Below are positions 27,399 to 39,319 of a stretch of 64,000 nt of DNA, piece after piece (position 1 is the stretch's first letter; every line of letters begins with the position of its first letter). The translations under genes were made by a program, and so were the position numbers. The DNA is from Paraphysomonas bandaiensis. Taxonomy: Eukaryota; Protista; Chrysophyceae. The stretch lies in NCBI GenBank assembly GCA_965644295.1, contig CBFFRP010000132.1, positions 62,001-126,000 on the forward strand, given 5' to 3'. Below the pieces are notes generated by a model. It was not told the DNA's origin. It searched no databases and saw only the letters and a program-made list of their open reading frames with translations.

Positions 27399-27872
27399 AC
27401 ATACATACATACATACATACATACATACATACATACATACATACATACATACATACATACATACATACATACATACATACATACATACATACATACATAC
27501 ATACATACATACATACATACATACATACATACATACATACATACATACATACATACATACATACATACATACATACATACATACATACATACATACATAC
27601 ATACATACATACATACATACCTACATACATACCTACATACATACATACATACCTACCTACCTACATACGTACTGTACATACATACATACATACATACATA
27701 CATACATACATACATACATACATACATACATACATACATACATACATACATACATACATACATACATACATACATACATACATACATACATACATACATA
27801 CATACATACATACATACCTACATACCTACATACGTACTGTACATACATACGTACTGTACATACATACATACA
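27399..27872. repeat. (CATA)n/(TATG)n array between the two divergent glycosyltransferase-like genes
   Basis: About 470 bp, with CCTA and GTACTGTA variants. Lies ~47 bp and ~73 bp from the flanking ATGs. Confidence 0.98.
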
Positions 27873-27944
27873 GCAGTACACACACGCACATACTTTGAGA
27901 ATATTGCTGTAGAGTTGTTGCCATGCTGTGTGTTCAATGTTTTG

Positions 27945-30900
27945 ATGCCTGTGACCTTTTCACGCAGTAGCATTGTGTTGCTGGTGGCACTGGTGGTTGT
28001 GGTAATAGTGCAGCTGTCGCTGTACTCACTCACCAGCAGCAGCATTGGCAGCAGCAAGTATGTGTCTTTCTCCTTGAGGCGCAGATGGGGCGATGCTGTC
28101 ACATTCACAGGTCTTCCTGCTGTATCCTCACACAGGCGGGCGGTCTTTCTCTCCTCTGTGATAGAGCGCGCTGATGATGAGTGGGATCTTCATCTGGCTG
28201 TGTTTGTTATGTTTCGAGAGTATGAGCGGCGGGTGGTGTCTGCTCTCAGCGGACACAACAAACAGTACTTCTGTAATATATTTTTTCCAGGAAAGGTTGA
28301 ATCGTATACAGTTCCTGCTACTCATATCCCGCATAGTGAAAATGAAACCGCTGGGGTTGATATTCTTCGCTGTCGACTTCTAGATGCTGAGAGAGTCTAC
28401 AGACAGCGTTTATTCGACCGTCCCACTGAGCACTTTGTCGTTGAGATCGTAGAGGAAAGTTTATCATTGGTGCAGTTCAGCATGAATTGGGCAAGCCGTC
28501 GCACTGGGCTTGTGGTAGCCGCCCCACCAGAGTCTAGTCAGTTCAATGCTTGGATGTCTGTTGATAGTAGTCCATCGAAACTGCAAGGCGAGAGTCACCT
28601 ATGTGTAATGGTTGATATGCAGCTCACCGGAGATTTGGAAACGACTCGAGTACTCGAGTTCGTACAGCATCATTTACTTGTTGGTATTTCTCATATTTAT
28701 CTTTTCCATAAGTCATCTTGGGATTCTTACAGTATGGGATTGTTGCTACAAGCTCTGAAAGGATTCATTGGCGATGGCTTGGTGTCAGTACTCTCCACGT
28801 ATCGAGATTCTAATATCGACGACATGCTTATGCCATTCGTGGTAAGTGGTAGCAGCGTAGAAAAAACCATGAGAAATATTCAAGTGAATAGTTGCTTGTA
28901 TCTTGCTAAGGGAACGGCGGAGTATGTGGGTGTGTGGGACATCAACGAGTTCTTCATACCACAGCCCCCACACAATAGTATTTTAGACGTAATCCGGTCA
29001 GTATCTGTGCAAGATGGTTATCGTTTGAGACCTGAAGACATAGCGAGCAATATTACGGTTGATAGCTGGAAGGGCGGACGTGGGTGGGCAGATGGGGATG
29101 GGCATCCATTTTGCTACCTCACCCTCTCTGTGGATGACATTCCCTTGGCGAGCAGTAGATATATGGGATTTTCATTGATTGGAAAGGGTAGAAGCTTTCA
29201 TCTTAGCAGAACGGAAAGGGTTCGTATGCTTTTTCCTACTCGAACTATTTACTGGGCTGGATCAAATGATGTTGCAGGGTGTCGTCTTGGTAAGGAATGG
29301 ACAGACTGTGACGAAAGTTTTGAATATACTGCGCTTTCCTGTCAGCGGCGAAAAAAGCTATCTCGGGACATCCCAGCCATGCTTCCTGGCACTCATAATT
29401 TCGAGGAAGCAGTTTTTCGACGAGATGCAAAGCTAGTCAATAGAGATATCGGCACGCTTCATTCATTCAATGTTGTCCATTTTCCTTATGCTGGTGGTGA
29501 TGGTAGTGTGACTACCACTTTGTATTCAGAAAAGTACCGGCCACGGGTTGCCGACATGCTGCAACGTCGAGGGCATGGTATTTCTGGTAGCAATCAGCCA
29601 TATAACTATTCGTCAGAAGATATTGACGTCACTCCATTGCCTGTTGTGACAAATGACCACAGCGAAGTGATATTGGGCTCTATTATCGAACGCACGCATG
29701 AGTCGTGGGACTTACATGTGACAACGTTCTTCCTTAACCATGTTTTATTCAGTGATCCGGTAAAAATGTACTTAGAGTCAAACAAGGGGGCATCAGTAGA
29801 GAAATGGAATGCTATGATGGTCGGTCACTTAAAAGTGCACCCCGATCGTATCCATATGTGGAATCAAACCATCCGTGGGTTTCGGCATGTAGAGTATGAC
29901 AGGAACGGCAAACGTATGACGCAGAACAATTATCATTGCCGCCTTCGGCATTCGAAATTATCGAAGTCCTATATGGTAACAGGCGAATTCCTTCCGAACA
30001 AACAGACTCCCGACTTGCGCTCAAACAGACGGTTAGATGTGTTTCGATGTCGTGTACAGGATTCTCAGCAAGTGTATCGAGAGTTAATTGCCACAAAGGA
30101 ACAATTGTTGGTCGAAATAATCAGAGGAACTAGTCATCAAGTTGCGAAGTTTTTTGTACCGTGGAAATCGAGGAGAGCAGGATATGTCTTGAATGCACCG
30201 TCAGATGCATCACAATTCAACGCATGGAAAGGATACAACCCCACATCGTCCGCCCTACCTGGTGTTGTCGGTGGGGATGTTGCCCATTTATGTGCTGCAG
30301 GCCTGATTTCTCCTTTTTCACAACAAATTTTGCCTTTAATTGCAGAGTTTATACAGCACCATTTGCTACTAGGATTTGATCATGTATTTCTAACCGCAGC
30401 TTATGCTTGGGAAGGCTCGAATATGAAGATGCTGAAGCAAGCTTTTCAGCATTTTATTAAAACCGGCAAACTAAGTGTCGCTTCACAATCGACCTATGGA
30501 ATCGACTATGTACCAGAACTGCTCGGACTGTCAATGTCTAGAGATAACGCTAATATTTATAGTACTAATATGTGTTTGTATACCGCTAAAGGCACAGCTG
30601 ACTATGTTGGTATATGGGATTTTGACGAGTTCTTTATTCCGAAGCCTCCGCACTTTACTCTTTCTGATGTCCTCAGACGTGTGGAAAGCCCCACTCCACT
30701 GATGCCACTCCCACCAGATACCGATACAGTTAGCATGAAGGCTAACTGGGAGGGCGGAAAGGGTTGGGCTGACGGGGATGGTCATCCATATTGCTACCTG
30801 ATGCTTCAGTCTGAAGTTCTGTTCCGTCCGCCAAATGCTAAAGACGTGGATGACCCACGTATATTTGTAGGCTTGATGTTCGGTCATGCACCAGAGACGA

Positions 30901-32831
30901 AGCGCACTGGGCTGGAATTCAAGAAATCACTACTTCCGACTAGGCGCATATTTCAAGCTGGGCTTCATATGGCTGGTGGGTGCAAACTCGTGTATCCTTT
31001 CAGCGGATGTGGGCTGGAGCAAGACAATGACTTCTGTTATATGACTCAGGAAACGATTGAAAATCAATATCCACCTGATCCGCCGTTTGAATTAACGCAG
31101 CAAATTGATGGCCTCCTGATGGACAAAGATGCAAAGAAAATTGACCCAAATTCTGAAGCTTCGATATATCACTTTCAAGTGCATCGGAAGTTCTTAAAGG
31201 CGAGTAAAGTAGCGCTTGAAGGGCCTAGAAATTTTTATCTTACACGGTTCTTTGCTAGAGTCTACTCAGAAGTTAAACGTAATCGGTTTGAGGTACTAGC
31301 CAGTGTACCGGATTCATTGTCTGTTGATTGTGACTTCATGAAGCACAATTGGATGTTGGTTGCTTATGACTCTATAGGTGCAATTCGACATGGAAATGCA
31401 AGATTACAACCCGAACCTGTAGCCGAACTGCCCGCATTTGCTAGTGATGAATCAGAGATTGCACTGAGTGGAATAATAGAGTATGGTAACAGTGGTAAAC
31501 TGTATGCGTCAACTGTGCTTCTTAGCCATCAATATATTTCCAACCGTACGGCCTTCACGTCGTATCTTGTCCATCCAGATCATACTACATCATTGCGAAA
31601 ATTTGTGCAGAACGCTGCAGGTACTAGGTATACTCTCGATGGCAAACGGAATGACGGCCACTCGTACACTTGTCGCCTAACTAGCAATGGTCATGCCTAT
31701 GTCGTTGAGGGGGAGTTTCTGTTCAACGACTTGACGAATACAGATGCGAATAAACACCTCGATATTTTCCGCTGCCCAATTCAGGATTCTGGTGCCAGTC
31801 ATCGCTTTGATCGTTCCGAGGAGAAGCTTCGAGTTGAAGTTTTCCGCGACTCATATTTATTAGTGAAGTATGATATTCCCTGGAAGTCAAGAAGAACTGG
31901 CTTCATGGTCGATTCTCGAGCACAGACTAGTCTGTTTGATGCATGGGGGGGTCCTACTGATATTGCTCGCAATTCCTCGAGTAATGTTCGAGCTATAATT
32001 TCTCTCGTGGTGGATTCATGTGTACCATTTACAAAGTCTTCTCTCGCTGATATGGCTGAGTTTATACAACATCATATTACGGTTGGATTTGAGCATGTTT
32101 TCATGTCAGTACCCTACAGAATGAAGAATAGCGCTCACTGGGGAAGACTAATCGATGCCCTTCGACCGTATATTTTAGATGGCAAGCTCTCTCTGGCCTC
32201 TCACGTGAGTGGTGACAGGGAGCTGGCTGGGTATGTTCTTGGTATTGCCTTTGATGATATTGTACTTCGGGGAATGCACGCGACAATTCATAGTCGTCTC
32301 TTTCATGGTGCCGAAGGATATATAGTGAGTTTACCGATGGATGAGTATGTGGTCCCAGTTAAAGGACATTCTACCATCTCTCAGGCACTGCGACAGACAT
32401 CGGATTATAACGTACGCTACTTCTGCCACGTTTCATTTTTAAAACTATTAGTGGCTTCGCGGAATAGCAAAGCATCAGCGAAAGCGAAGTGGAAAGGGGA
32501 ATCGTTCAAATATTCTGTTTTGTCTCAGTCGGATGAATCGGTTACGTTTCATTCACTTCTGGATAACACAGAGTGTAGTAATAAAATAGGCATAAGTGAT
32601 ACTGTGGAAGTATACAAGTTTGTGGATAGAGGTGATACATTTTCTGGGCCTGATCTGATGAAAAAAAATGATTATGTTTCAAAGTTTTTCCCCGCTGTAC
32701 ATCAGAAGTTGGTTGACATCAACATAGACCTCATGATATCCATTCCCAAATCTGGTGTCCGAGCATCTCCTGATGATAGTTGGTTTAGCTTTCACGAACT
32801 GTATAAATCATCCATCGGCGATGGGAAATAA
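27945..32831 (+). CDS. Giant type II membrane protein with three GT92/DUF23-like modules (third degenerate); paralog of 21656-27352
   Basis: Uninterrupted ORF; first in-frame ATG at 27945. TM segment IVLLVALVVVVIVQLSL. Modules carry WDINE, WDFDE and a degenerate LPMDE. Confidence 0.78.
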   Translation: MPVTFSRSSIVLLVALVVVVIVQLSLYSLTSSSIGSSKYVSFSLRRRWGDAVTFTGLPAVSSHRRAVFLSSVIERADDEWDLHLAVFVMFREYERRVVSALSGHNKQYFCNIFFPGKVESYTVPATHIPHSENETAGVDILRCRLLDAERVYRQRLFDRPTEHFVVEIVEESLSLVQFSMNWASRRTGLVVAAPPESSQFNAWMSVDSSPSKLQGESHLCVMVDMQLTGDLETTRVLEFVQHHLLVGISHIYLFHKSSWDSYSMGLLLQALKGFIGDGLVSVLSTYRDSNIDDMLMPFVVSGSSVEKTMRNIQVNSCLYLAKGTAEYVGVWDINEFFIPQPPHNSILDVIRSVSVQDGYRLRPEDIASNITVDSWKGGRGWADGDGHPFCYLTLSVDDIPLASSRYMGFSLIGKGRSFHLSRTERVRMLFPTRTIYWAGSNDVAGCRLGKEWTDCDESFEYTALSCQRRKKLSRDIPAMLPGTHNFEEAVFRRDAKLVNRDIGTLHSFNVVHFPYAGGDGSVTTTLYSEKYRPRVADMLQRRGHGISGSNQPYNYSSEDIDVTPLPVVTNDHSEVILGSIIERTHESWDLHVTTFFLNHVLFSDPVKMYLESNKGASVEKWNAMMVGHLKVHPDRIHMWNQTIRGFRHVEYDRNGKRMTQNNYHCRLRHSKLSKSYMVTGEFLPNKQTPDLRSNRRLDVFRCRVQDSQQVYRELIATKEQLLVEIIRGTSHQVAKFFVPWKSRRAGYVLNAPSDASQFNAWKGYNPTSSALPGVVGGDVAHLCAAGLISPFSQQILPLIAEFIQHHLLLGFDHVFLTAAYAWEGSNMKMLKQAFQHFIKTGKLSVASQSTYGIDYVPELLGLSMSRDNANIYSTNMCLYTAKGTADYVGIWDFDEFFIPKPPHFTLSDVLRRVESPTPLMPLPPDTDTVSMKANWEGGKGWADGDGHPYCYLMLQSEVLFRPPNAKDVDDPRIFVGLMFGHAPETKRTGLEFKKSLLPTRRIFQAGLHMAGGCKLVYPFSGCGLEQDNDFCYMTQETIENQYPPDPPFELTQQIDGLLMDKDAKKIDPNSEASIYHFQVHRKFLKASKVALEGPRNFYLTRFFARVYSEVKRNRFEVLASVPDSLSVDCDFMKHNWMLVAYDSIGAIRHGNARLQPEPVAELPAFASDESEIALSGIIEYGNSGKLYASTVLLSHQYISNRTAFTSYLVHPDHTTSLRKFVQNAAGTRYTLDGKRNDGHSYTCRLTSNGHAYVVEGEFLFNDLTNTDANKHLDIFRCPIQDSGASHRFDRSEEKLRVEVFRDSYLLVKYDIPWKSRRTGFMVDSRAQTSLFDAWGGPTDIARNSSSNVRAIISLVVDSCVPFTKSSLADMAEFIQHHITVGFEHVFMSVPYRMKNSAHWGRLIDALRPYILDGKLSLASHVSGDRELAGYVLGIAFDDIVLRGMHATIHSRLFHGAEGYIVSLPMDEYVVPVKGHSTISQALRQTSDYNVRYFCHVSFLKLLVASRNSKASAKAKWKGESFKYSVLSQSDESVTFHSLLDNTECSNKIGISDTVEVYKFVDRGDTFSGPDLMKKNDYVSKFFPAVHQKLVDINIDLMISIPKSGVRASPDDSWFSFHELYKSSIGDGK
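28873..29119. repeat. Right arm of the 247-bp inverted repeat
   Basis: See 26013-26259. Confidence 0.9.
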
Positions 32832-33427
32832 GCAATGATGAAATTTCAAATAGTTAATTGACAGCAGGACTAGGGAATATGCTACTGTATTGAATAATAT
32901 TGAACAATATATTGGTATTGTGTTACTGCAATATATATTGTTGACCCTATATAAAAATACTGCAATATTATTGTTGAGAAGCTGGATGCATTTTTTTGTA
33001 CACAATAGTAGTATGAATACATAAGCCCAACAACAGAATAAGACATCTAAGTGCAGATTAATGAGTCATGTACTTTTTATACATTAGAACTTCTGTGCAG
33101 CGCAGCTAAACTTGTTATCTCTGCTCCCTTAATTCGATTGTAAGATTCTATTGACTTTTGCTCATTTCATCACTACATAAAGTAAACTTTAATCGTCAGA
33201 TTAGATTGATTATTACTTTTATTATTGCATACACACAATTGTGTCATTTGGCATTGAGCTCTTATAATCAACATAAATTTATCATTCTGTAAGCAACCAC
33301 TGATAGACTTTCGTACCTTGAATCGTCAAGTTACTTCAGTTCACAGTTAGATATCTATAGAGCACATTGACCACATATTATTGTTTTCACATTGTTATTG
33401 TATTTATTATTAATACAGTTATAATTT

Positions 33428-33495
33428 ACCCTCAACAAAGTCGGACTCGCACCTTTCCGTAATGTTCTGGGGGATAAGTACCGGAGATATTTCGT
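33428..33495 (+). mobile_element. Head fragment of the SINE-like family
   Basis: CCCTCAACAAAGTCGGACTCGCACCTTTCCGTAATGTTCTGGGGGATAAGTACCGGAGA matches 52138-52197. Confidence 0.75.
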
Positions 33496-35189
33496 GGATC
33501 AAGTCGACTTCAAGGGCGGTGATATCAGAATTCTGTCAAGCAGGAGGAATTATACATCTGGGAAGACTTTAATTCTATACACAGGATATCTTATACGCAA
33601 CAACTTGAGCAGAACTTACCTGCTGAACGATAGAGAACCATCGGTTGACAATAATCACTTCCGGTATTGGCCACACGTGTAGTTGCAAGGAAGAATTTTG
33701 AATCTGCTTTAAGTTCCCCATTAGCAGGTCTACTTTTGTGGAATGACAGGTCGACTGTCTTCGTCAGGTTTTGTCTGGTTCCGATGAGTTCATTGACAGC
33801 AAGAGATTAAGTCTGACACCAAAACAGCTTCAAATACCTTTACTGTATAATATGTTGTATTGTAAATTTATTAAGAAAGGAGTGAATGGTTGGAGGTAAA
33901 TCGCCTGTTAGGCCTGACAATTACACGTTCTGTGAAATTGATGTTACCAGAGTTATGGAACGTATATACTCACGTCCGGAATATGGCACTGGCGTCTGGC
34001 CGGAACACGCCGGCCGTATAATACCCACCCCATGATCACTGATATCCAATCTCTTCGTGATCAATGGACTCTCGAGAAGTATACTGTGCTCCCCGTGACC
34101 AACTCTACGGTAATAGTCTGGATCGTGCACTGAGAGATACTGGAAGGATAGTGATGCTTTGCTTTCGCATAAACTGGCCCTCGCTGGCTGCGGCAGATCT
34201 CTGTGACCACATGGCATTTCTCATGCCCTACCGGGTGTTGTGTTATAGATCCAAGGTCAAGTCAATACAGCCCTGACATGGGACAAATCCTACAGAAATG
34301 GTAGAAATTGGGCCAAAACAAAGCTCGGACTTGTTGGCCTGAACAAAACGGCAGATGCTCTGACTGTGGCTTTCGGCTTGACTCTCTCAAAAACACATGT
34401 GTCTTGATTGTCCACAGGCCTCCATCTCTCAGAGATACACAAGAAGGAGTGTCTGCAGAATCTCCACATTGATCCAAATTCGTATATTGCTCTGCGGTAT
34501 TGTGTTCTGATTATTGTTGTGCGTTGTTACTATACGCTGTACTAACTGTGTAATACTATGATGGTGTAGGAGAAGTGCAACGGGTAGAAGGATGTCGTCG
34601 ACATTCGTGGCGACATCTATCCAACGACGACCCGAAGGAAGAGGTTCCACGAAAGCGCACGAGCAGGGTAAGTAATACTGTGAAAAGATGATGACGGGCC
34701 GTCATCTCCCAGCAAAAAGCAAATCTGATACCTCCCGCTGTTGGAACTTCGTCAGGAAATGATGTCCGGTCTAGCAAAACTTCCTGATCTTTTTATGAGA
34801 AGAAACCCACTACCTGCGGATAATCCTCCACCTCCTAGTAATGTGCCCACAACGGCTGTTGCCGCGTCGTCTCCGAGCATAGGTACTAGTACTACTGGCA
34901 GTAGTAGTGGTGAAGATAGCTATATGCGTATGAAATGTATCCAAAATCAGGCTATTCGGTTGGAGCTTTTGCACTCTCAAGAGAGGCAACAAATGCAGCT
35001 ATATGAGAATATAATATTACAAAACACAAGTAGCAGGGCCAACTTGTAACTCAATAAATAATGCTAATAACAACTATACTTACGACTTTTTTTAATTTTT
35101 AACCTCTCATATATACAAATAACAGTAAAATAATAACTCAATACTTAGATATGAAACCTGGTGAGAGTGAAATCGCTTTACCAAGTTTT

Positions 35190-35980
35190 GGTATATTACC
35201 TCACTTAATCCTCAAACTTTGGTGTTAGGCCATTCTCAAGAATCTCTCTCGCAGAGCCTGGAGTACCTCAGTTGAACGATTCTGGACAGTAACTATATCT
35301 TTGAAGCTCATATGGAAAGCGTTTTTGGAACACAGTACAACTGCCCCTCAATGCGCGTGGACTAGGTGCCATTGAAACAGCAGTTATTACCCTCCTTCAA
35401 CCGCTCTATGCTGCAGCCGAACTAATGCTCCAAGATCGTAGTGAGCGTTATGCTGTCAACCCGAAGAGGCCACATCTACTCCCCCGTAGACGGCGTCAGC
35501 GACGTGGACACACACACGAAGCATCATACGCAGCAGCGCATGGCAGAGTCGGCAGTTTCCCCCCAGCTCGAGCCCAAAATGCAGCAATACACAATTTAAA
35601 TTGAGCAGTGCTCAGCGGGAGCCACGGGTTCTACGCTTACTACGTGTAAAGCACCCCTCCGGTCGTCTTCCTTTTCCATTATCCCCGCCTCAGCAGAGAC
35701 GCCACGATGCCGACTCCGTCAGCTACTCCTCTGCCCCAGGCCGAACTTGTAGCCAAAGCCACTCAAAGACACGCAGGAGCCCCAACATACCCCCTCGTCT
35801 ATGGATGTATCTCTGGTTAAGAGCACTTGACTCACTGGTAGGATATGAGAATTTGTGCTAGTTAGTTACTGGTTACTGGTAGAGGTCGATCTAGCTGGGC
35901 TAGTCTACATCTAACTACTCATCTGGTGTCGGTTCTTAACGCCTACTGCTAATCTGCTAATGATAAGATTTTTATATACT
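35190..35980 (+). mobile_element. Degenerate LINE 3' fragment
   Basis: C-rich composition like 8640-10740. Ends in GAATTTGTGCTA.TTAGTTA...GGTAGAGGTC...TTAACGCCTA.TGCTAA, matching the 10814-10912 tail. Confidence 0.6.
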
Positions 35981-36365
35981 TTATTAAGAAAAGTAGTGTA
36001 CATCAGGGCCAGTTGCAGGCTATTATAATGGCATTACCATTAGTGGTTACTAGGCCCTACTGTACATGTATAGAGTACTATAGAGTATAGAGCGAGAGGT
36101 ATGTAAAAGAAAGAAAATAACATCAAAAATAGACTTTTCTTGTTTTCCAGATATTTATATTTGGCGTATATTTTGTTCCCTGGCCCTGTTACATATTATA
36201 CTCCAGTCTATTAGAATATTATTACCTTACTTTTTACAAAATCCTCGGTCAATTACAACATAGTTTAGACTATTAGTTATTCTTAGAGTTACATAAAAAG
36301 TACTTTGTTACATGTCGTCAAATATAATTTATCATTTATAAATATTACTTGTGGTAGGTAAAAAT

Positions 36366-37138
36366 CTACGACACTTCCATGACGTCATCTTCTGTCTGAT
36401 AAAACATGCTCTCGAACTTTTGTTCTGTTTCTTCGGAATCTGCGCAAAGCAATCATCACAATGCATACACACTGTAACGCAAATAAAATTACCTATTGTG
36501 TGCACGGAGAGGTCGACCCAGGGTTCATTTTCCTCTTTTGTTTTGGCATAGGTATACGAGTTCAATCGCGATGCCTCAGACCTCTCATTCTCCTTTCTAC
36601 GCATGTGCACCTGTTCAGGTATTAGAGAACTCAAACTTTTAAAGAAAGAAAATATACGTACTACCTGTTGTAAAGGTTGCTTTGAATCAGCGTGTCCGGC
36701 CTCCCCATTTTCTTCGTCGGACATTGCTTCTATGATCTCCGTAGGGTACGCCAATCCGTCAAAGCTTGGTCTCAGCTGCAAAACTTCCTGCACAGGAGTA
36801 ATATGAATAGCCCCATCCCGCATTACACCAGCAGCGAGGAATGTGTTGTGATCGAGACGAGACGAGCACAGAGTCTGCGATGTGCCTGTAGGGGGCATAT
36901 CTGCTGCAAATATAGCGGGATTGTATGGCACATTTAGCTCAAGCTTCCTATGCTTTGGTTTAAATCGTGCGGACTTCGCATTCGGCGGGGCAGCATACAC
37001 TGGACGCAGCGGAAACTGCAGTAAATGCCTACACTCCAATTAATACACAATAAAAACATCAGCACAGCCTCACAATTGAGTCATATCAGACATATACACA
37101 TCAATCTCCCGAACCACTTCATCATCACATTCTGACAT
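36366..37138 (-). CDS. POLR3E: RNA polymerase III subunit RPC5/C37 (Sin-like N-terminal domain only); 4 exons
   Basis: DDEVVREIDVYV, LLQFPLRP, ARFKPKHRKLEL, IHITPVQEVLQLRPSF and EENEPWV motifs. Three short GT-AG introns. Stop at 36366-36368. Confidence 0.88.
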
Positions 37139-37209
37139 GCCTAACTTATGTGACACTCCAACACTGACTTAAACTGGAGTTCTGTCCTCAACCATTGTCT
37201 CATTGCACT

Positions 37210-37715
37210 GTACGTATGTATGTATGTATGTATGTATGTATGTATGTATGTATGTATGTATGTATGTATGTATGTATGTATGTATGTATGTATGTATGTA
37301 TGTATGTATGTATGTATGTATGTATGTATGTATGTATGTATGTATGTATGTATGTATGTATGTATGTATGTATGTATGTATGTATGTATGTATGTATGTA
37401 TGTATGTATGTATGTATGTATGTATGTATGTATGTATGTATGTATGTATGTATGTATGTATGTATGTATGTATGTATGTATGTATGTATGTATGTATGTA
37501 TGTATGTATGTATGTATGTATGTATGTATGTATGTATGTATGTATGTATGTATGTATGTATGTATGTATGTATGTACTGTATGTATGTATGTATGTATGT
37601 ATGTATGTATGTATGTATGTATGTATGTATGTATGTATGTATGTATGTATGTATGTATGTATGTATGTATGTATGTATGTATGTATGTATTTATGTGTAT
37701 GTATTTATGTGTACG
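37210..37715. repeat. (TATG)n array between divergent RPC5 and PRL phosphatase genes
   Basis: About 500 bp and nearly pure. Lies ~72 bp from the RPC5 ATG and ~365 bp from the PRL ATG. Confidence 0.98.
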
Positions 37716-38078
37716 TATTTCATGAATACGTGCTCTGTGTGGCGTTGGTGTTGTTGTGTTTCTATCCAGGCACCATCGAGAAAAATATTAGTGGCTTGCA
37801 GTACTTTTCTCTCTGATGTGGTTGTTTTCAGCATAATTTATGCATCTCTTACAGTTTACATTTTCAACAATATATTTGTTAGACATAGACTTCCATTTTG
37901 TGGACCGATAGCGACTCTGTATAAGTTTCCGCATCCGTTGTGATTATAAGTCTTCCACCTGATTTACTTCTGGTGGTGGATCTCTGCTGAATTATTAAGA
38001 TCTCCTATTTTTCGCTAGCTCTTTTCGTTGCGGTGTGCATGCGACAACCCCCTTGATTTAAAAATTGTCGTTTCCACA

Positions 38079-38676
38079 ATGTCTTCAGCTGTTATCGCTA
38101 GTAAGCCCAGTCTAATTGAATATAGGCACCTGCGGTTTCTCATAATGGACGCCCCGAAGGAAACCAACCTTCATCTGTATTTAAAAGAGTGTGAAAAGCA
38201 TCATGTCACCGAAATTGTGCGCATATCTGAACCTACCTACAGCAGAGAAGAAGTTGAAAAAGCAGGAATTGAATTGCATGTAAGTTTAATGAGTCTAAGC
38301 TGTAAAATATATTCGTCATAAAGTGTAGGAAATGCATTTCGACGATGGAGCTAGCCCCCCAGAAGATATAATTAAGAAATGGAATGAACTTGTGAAGCGA
38401 ACATTCGGAACTCGAAATGATGATGATAAGTGCATTGCTGTTCACTGTGTTGCGGGCCTTGGAAGGGCGCCTGTTCTTGTTGCTATTGCTCTTGTGGAGA
38501 ATGGGCTAGACTCCATGTCTGCAGTCACCTATATCCGTGAACGACGGTAACTCCTTTTGTTATCTGTGTCTATTGTTTTGATATGTATGTATAGTCGAGG
38601 TGCAATTAATGCCGTTCAGCTTGCCTACCTTGAAAGCTATCAAGTCAGCCAGAAAAAGAAGTGCACGATTATGTAG
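38079..38676 (+). CDS. PTP4A: Prenylated protein tyrosine phosphatase type IVA (PRL); 3 exons
   Basis: RFLIMDAP, FDDGASPP, HCVAGLGRAP, RRGAIN and a C-terminal CAAX box (KKKCTIM*). Two short GT-AG introns. Confidence 0.95.
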
Positions 38677-39319
38677 ATGGTATGGACGAATCAAGTTATA
38701 TTTACTTGCTCTATATGTAGTTCATTACAGTGAAAATAGTACATACCAAAGTGTAGCAGCCTCGCATATTCGTAGTATCAATATTAGCGAGTACGAATCT
38801 GGCTTGATTTACGTTGCAGCTGGTGATATTTATACTCCTTATTAGTTTATTAGTGCTAGACCGTAATAGTTCTGGTTAGGTATATTATAATGATAGTAAT
38901 TTATGAATTAGATAGACACCGCTAGCAATATTTTAATCAATTTACATTGTGTAGTTATATTTCCCGCGTTCAGTGGTAAAATATACACGAAAAGTGGAAA
39001 ACATAAAGCCAGTTTTCTGTTGTGATCCAGCGGTACTGTAGCAGGTAAAGGGCTGCGTAACAATTTACTTCAAATGCTTTTATTGCATATTAATTGCCAA
39101 TTATTGGCTAATTAAATTAGCTACTCGTTACAAGCACGAACAGCAATAAATTGTTACGCAGCCTTGACAGTACTAAGTACTAATGTATAATGTATTATCT
39201 CAAAGTATTAAGATTCAGCTTAATACAAGATAGTATCTGCGAGTTACAAGTTATAATGTTCATAAATATGGTGATGGTGTATACACATGTGATGTAAATG
39301 CTCAACAAGTATTAAACCA

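Noticed and set aside
33780-35049. Fragmentary ORFs including the 102-aa ORF at 34741-35049
   Set aside because: Lies between TE fragments with broken frames and no recognizable domain. Probably a TE relic, but the family cannot be supported.
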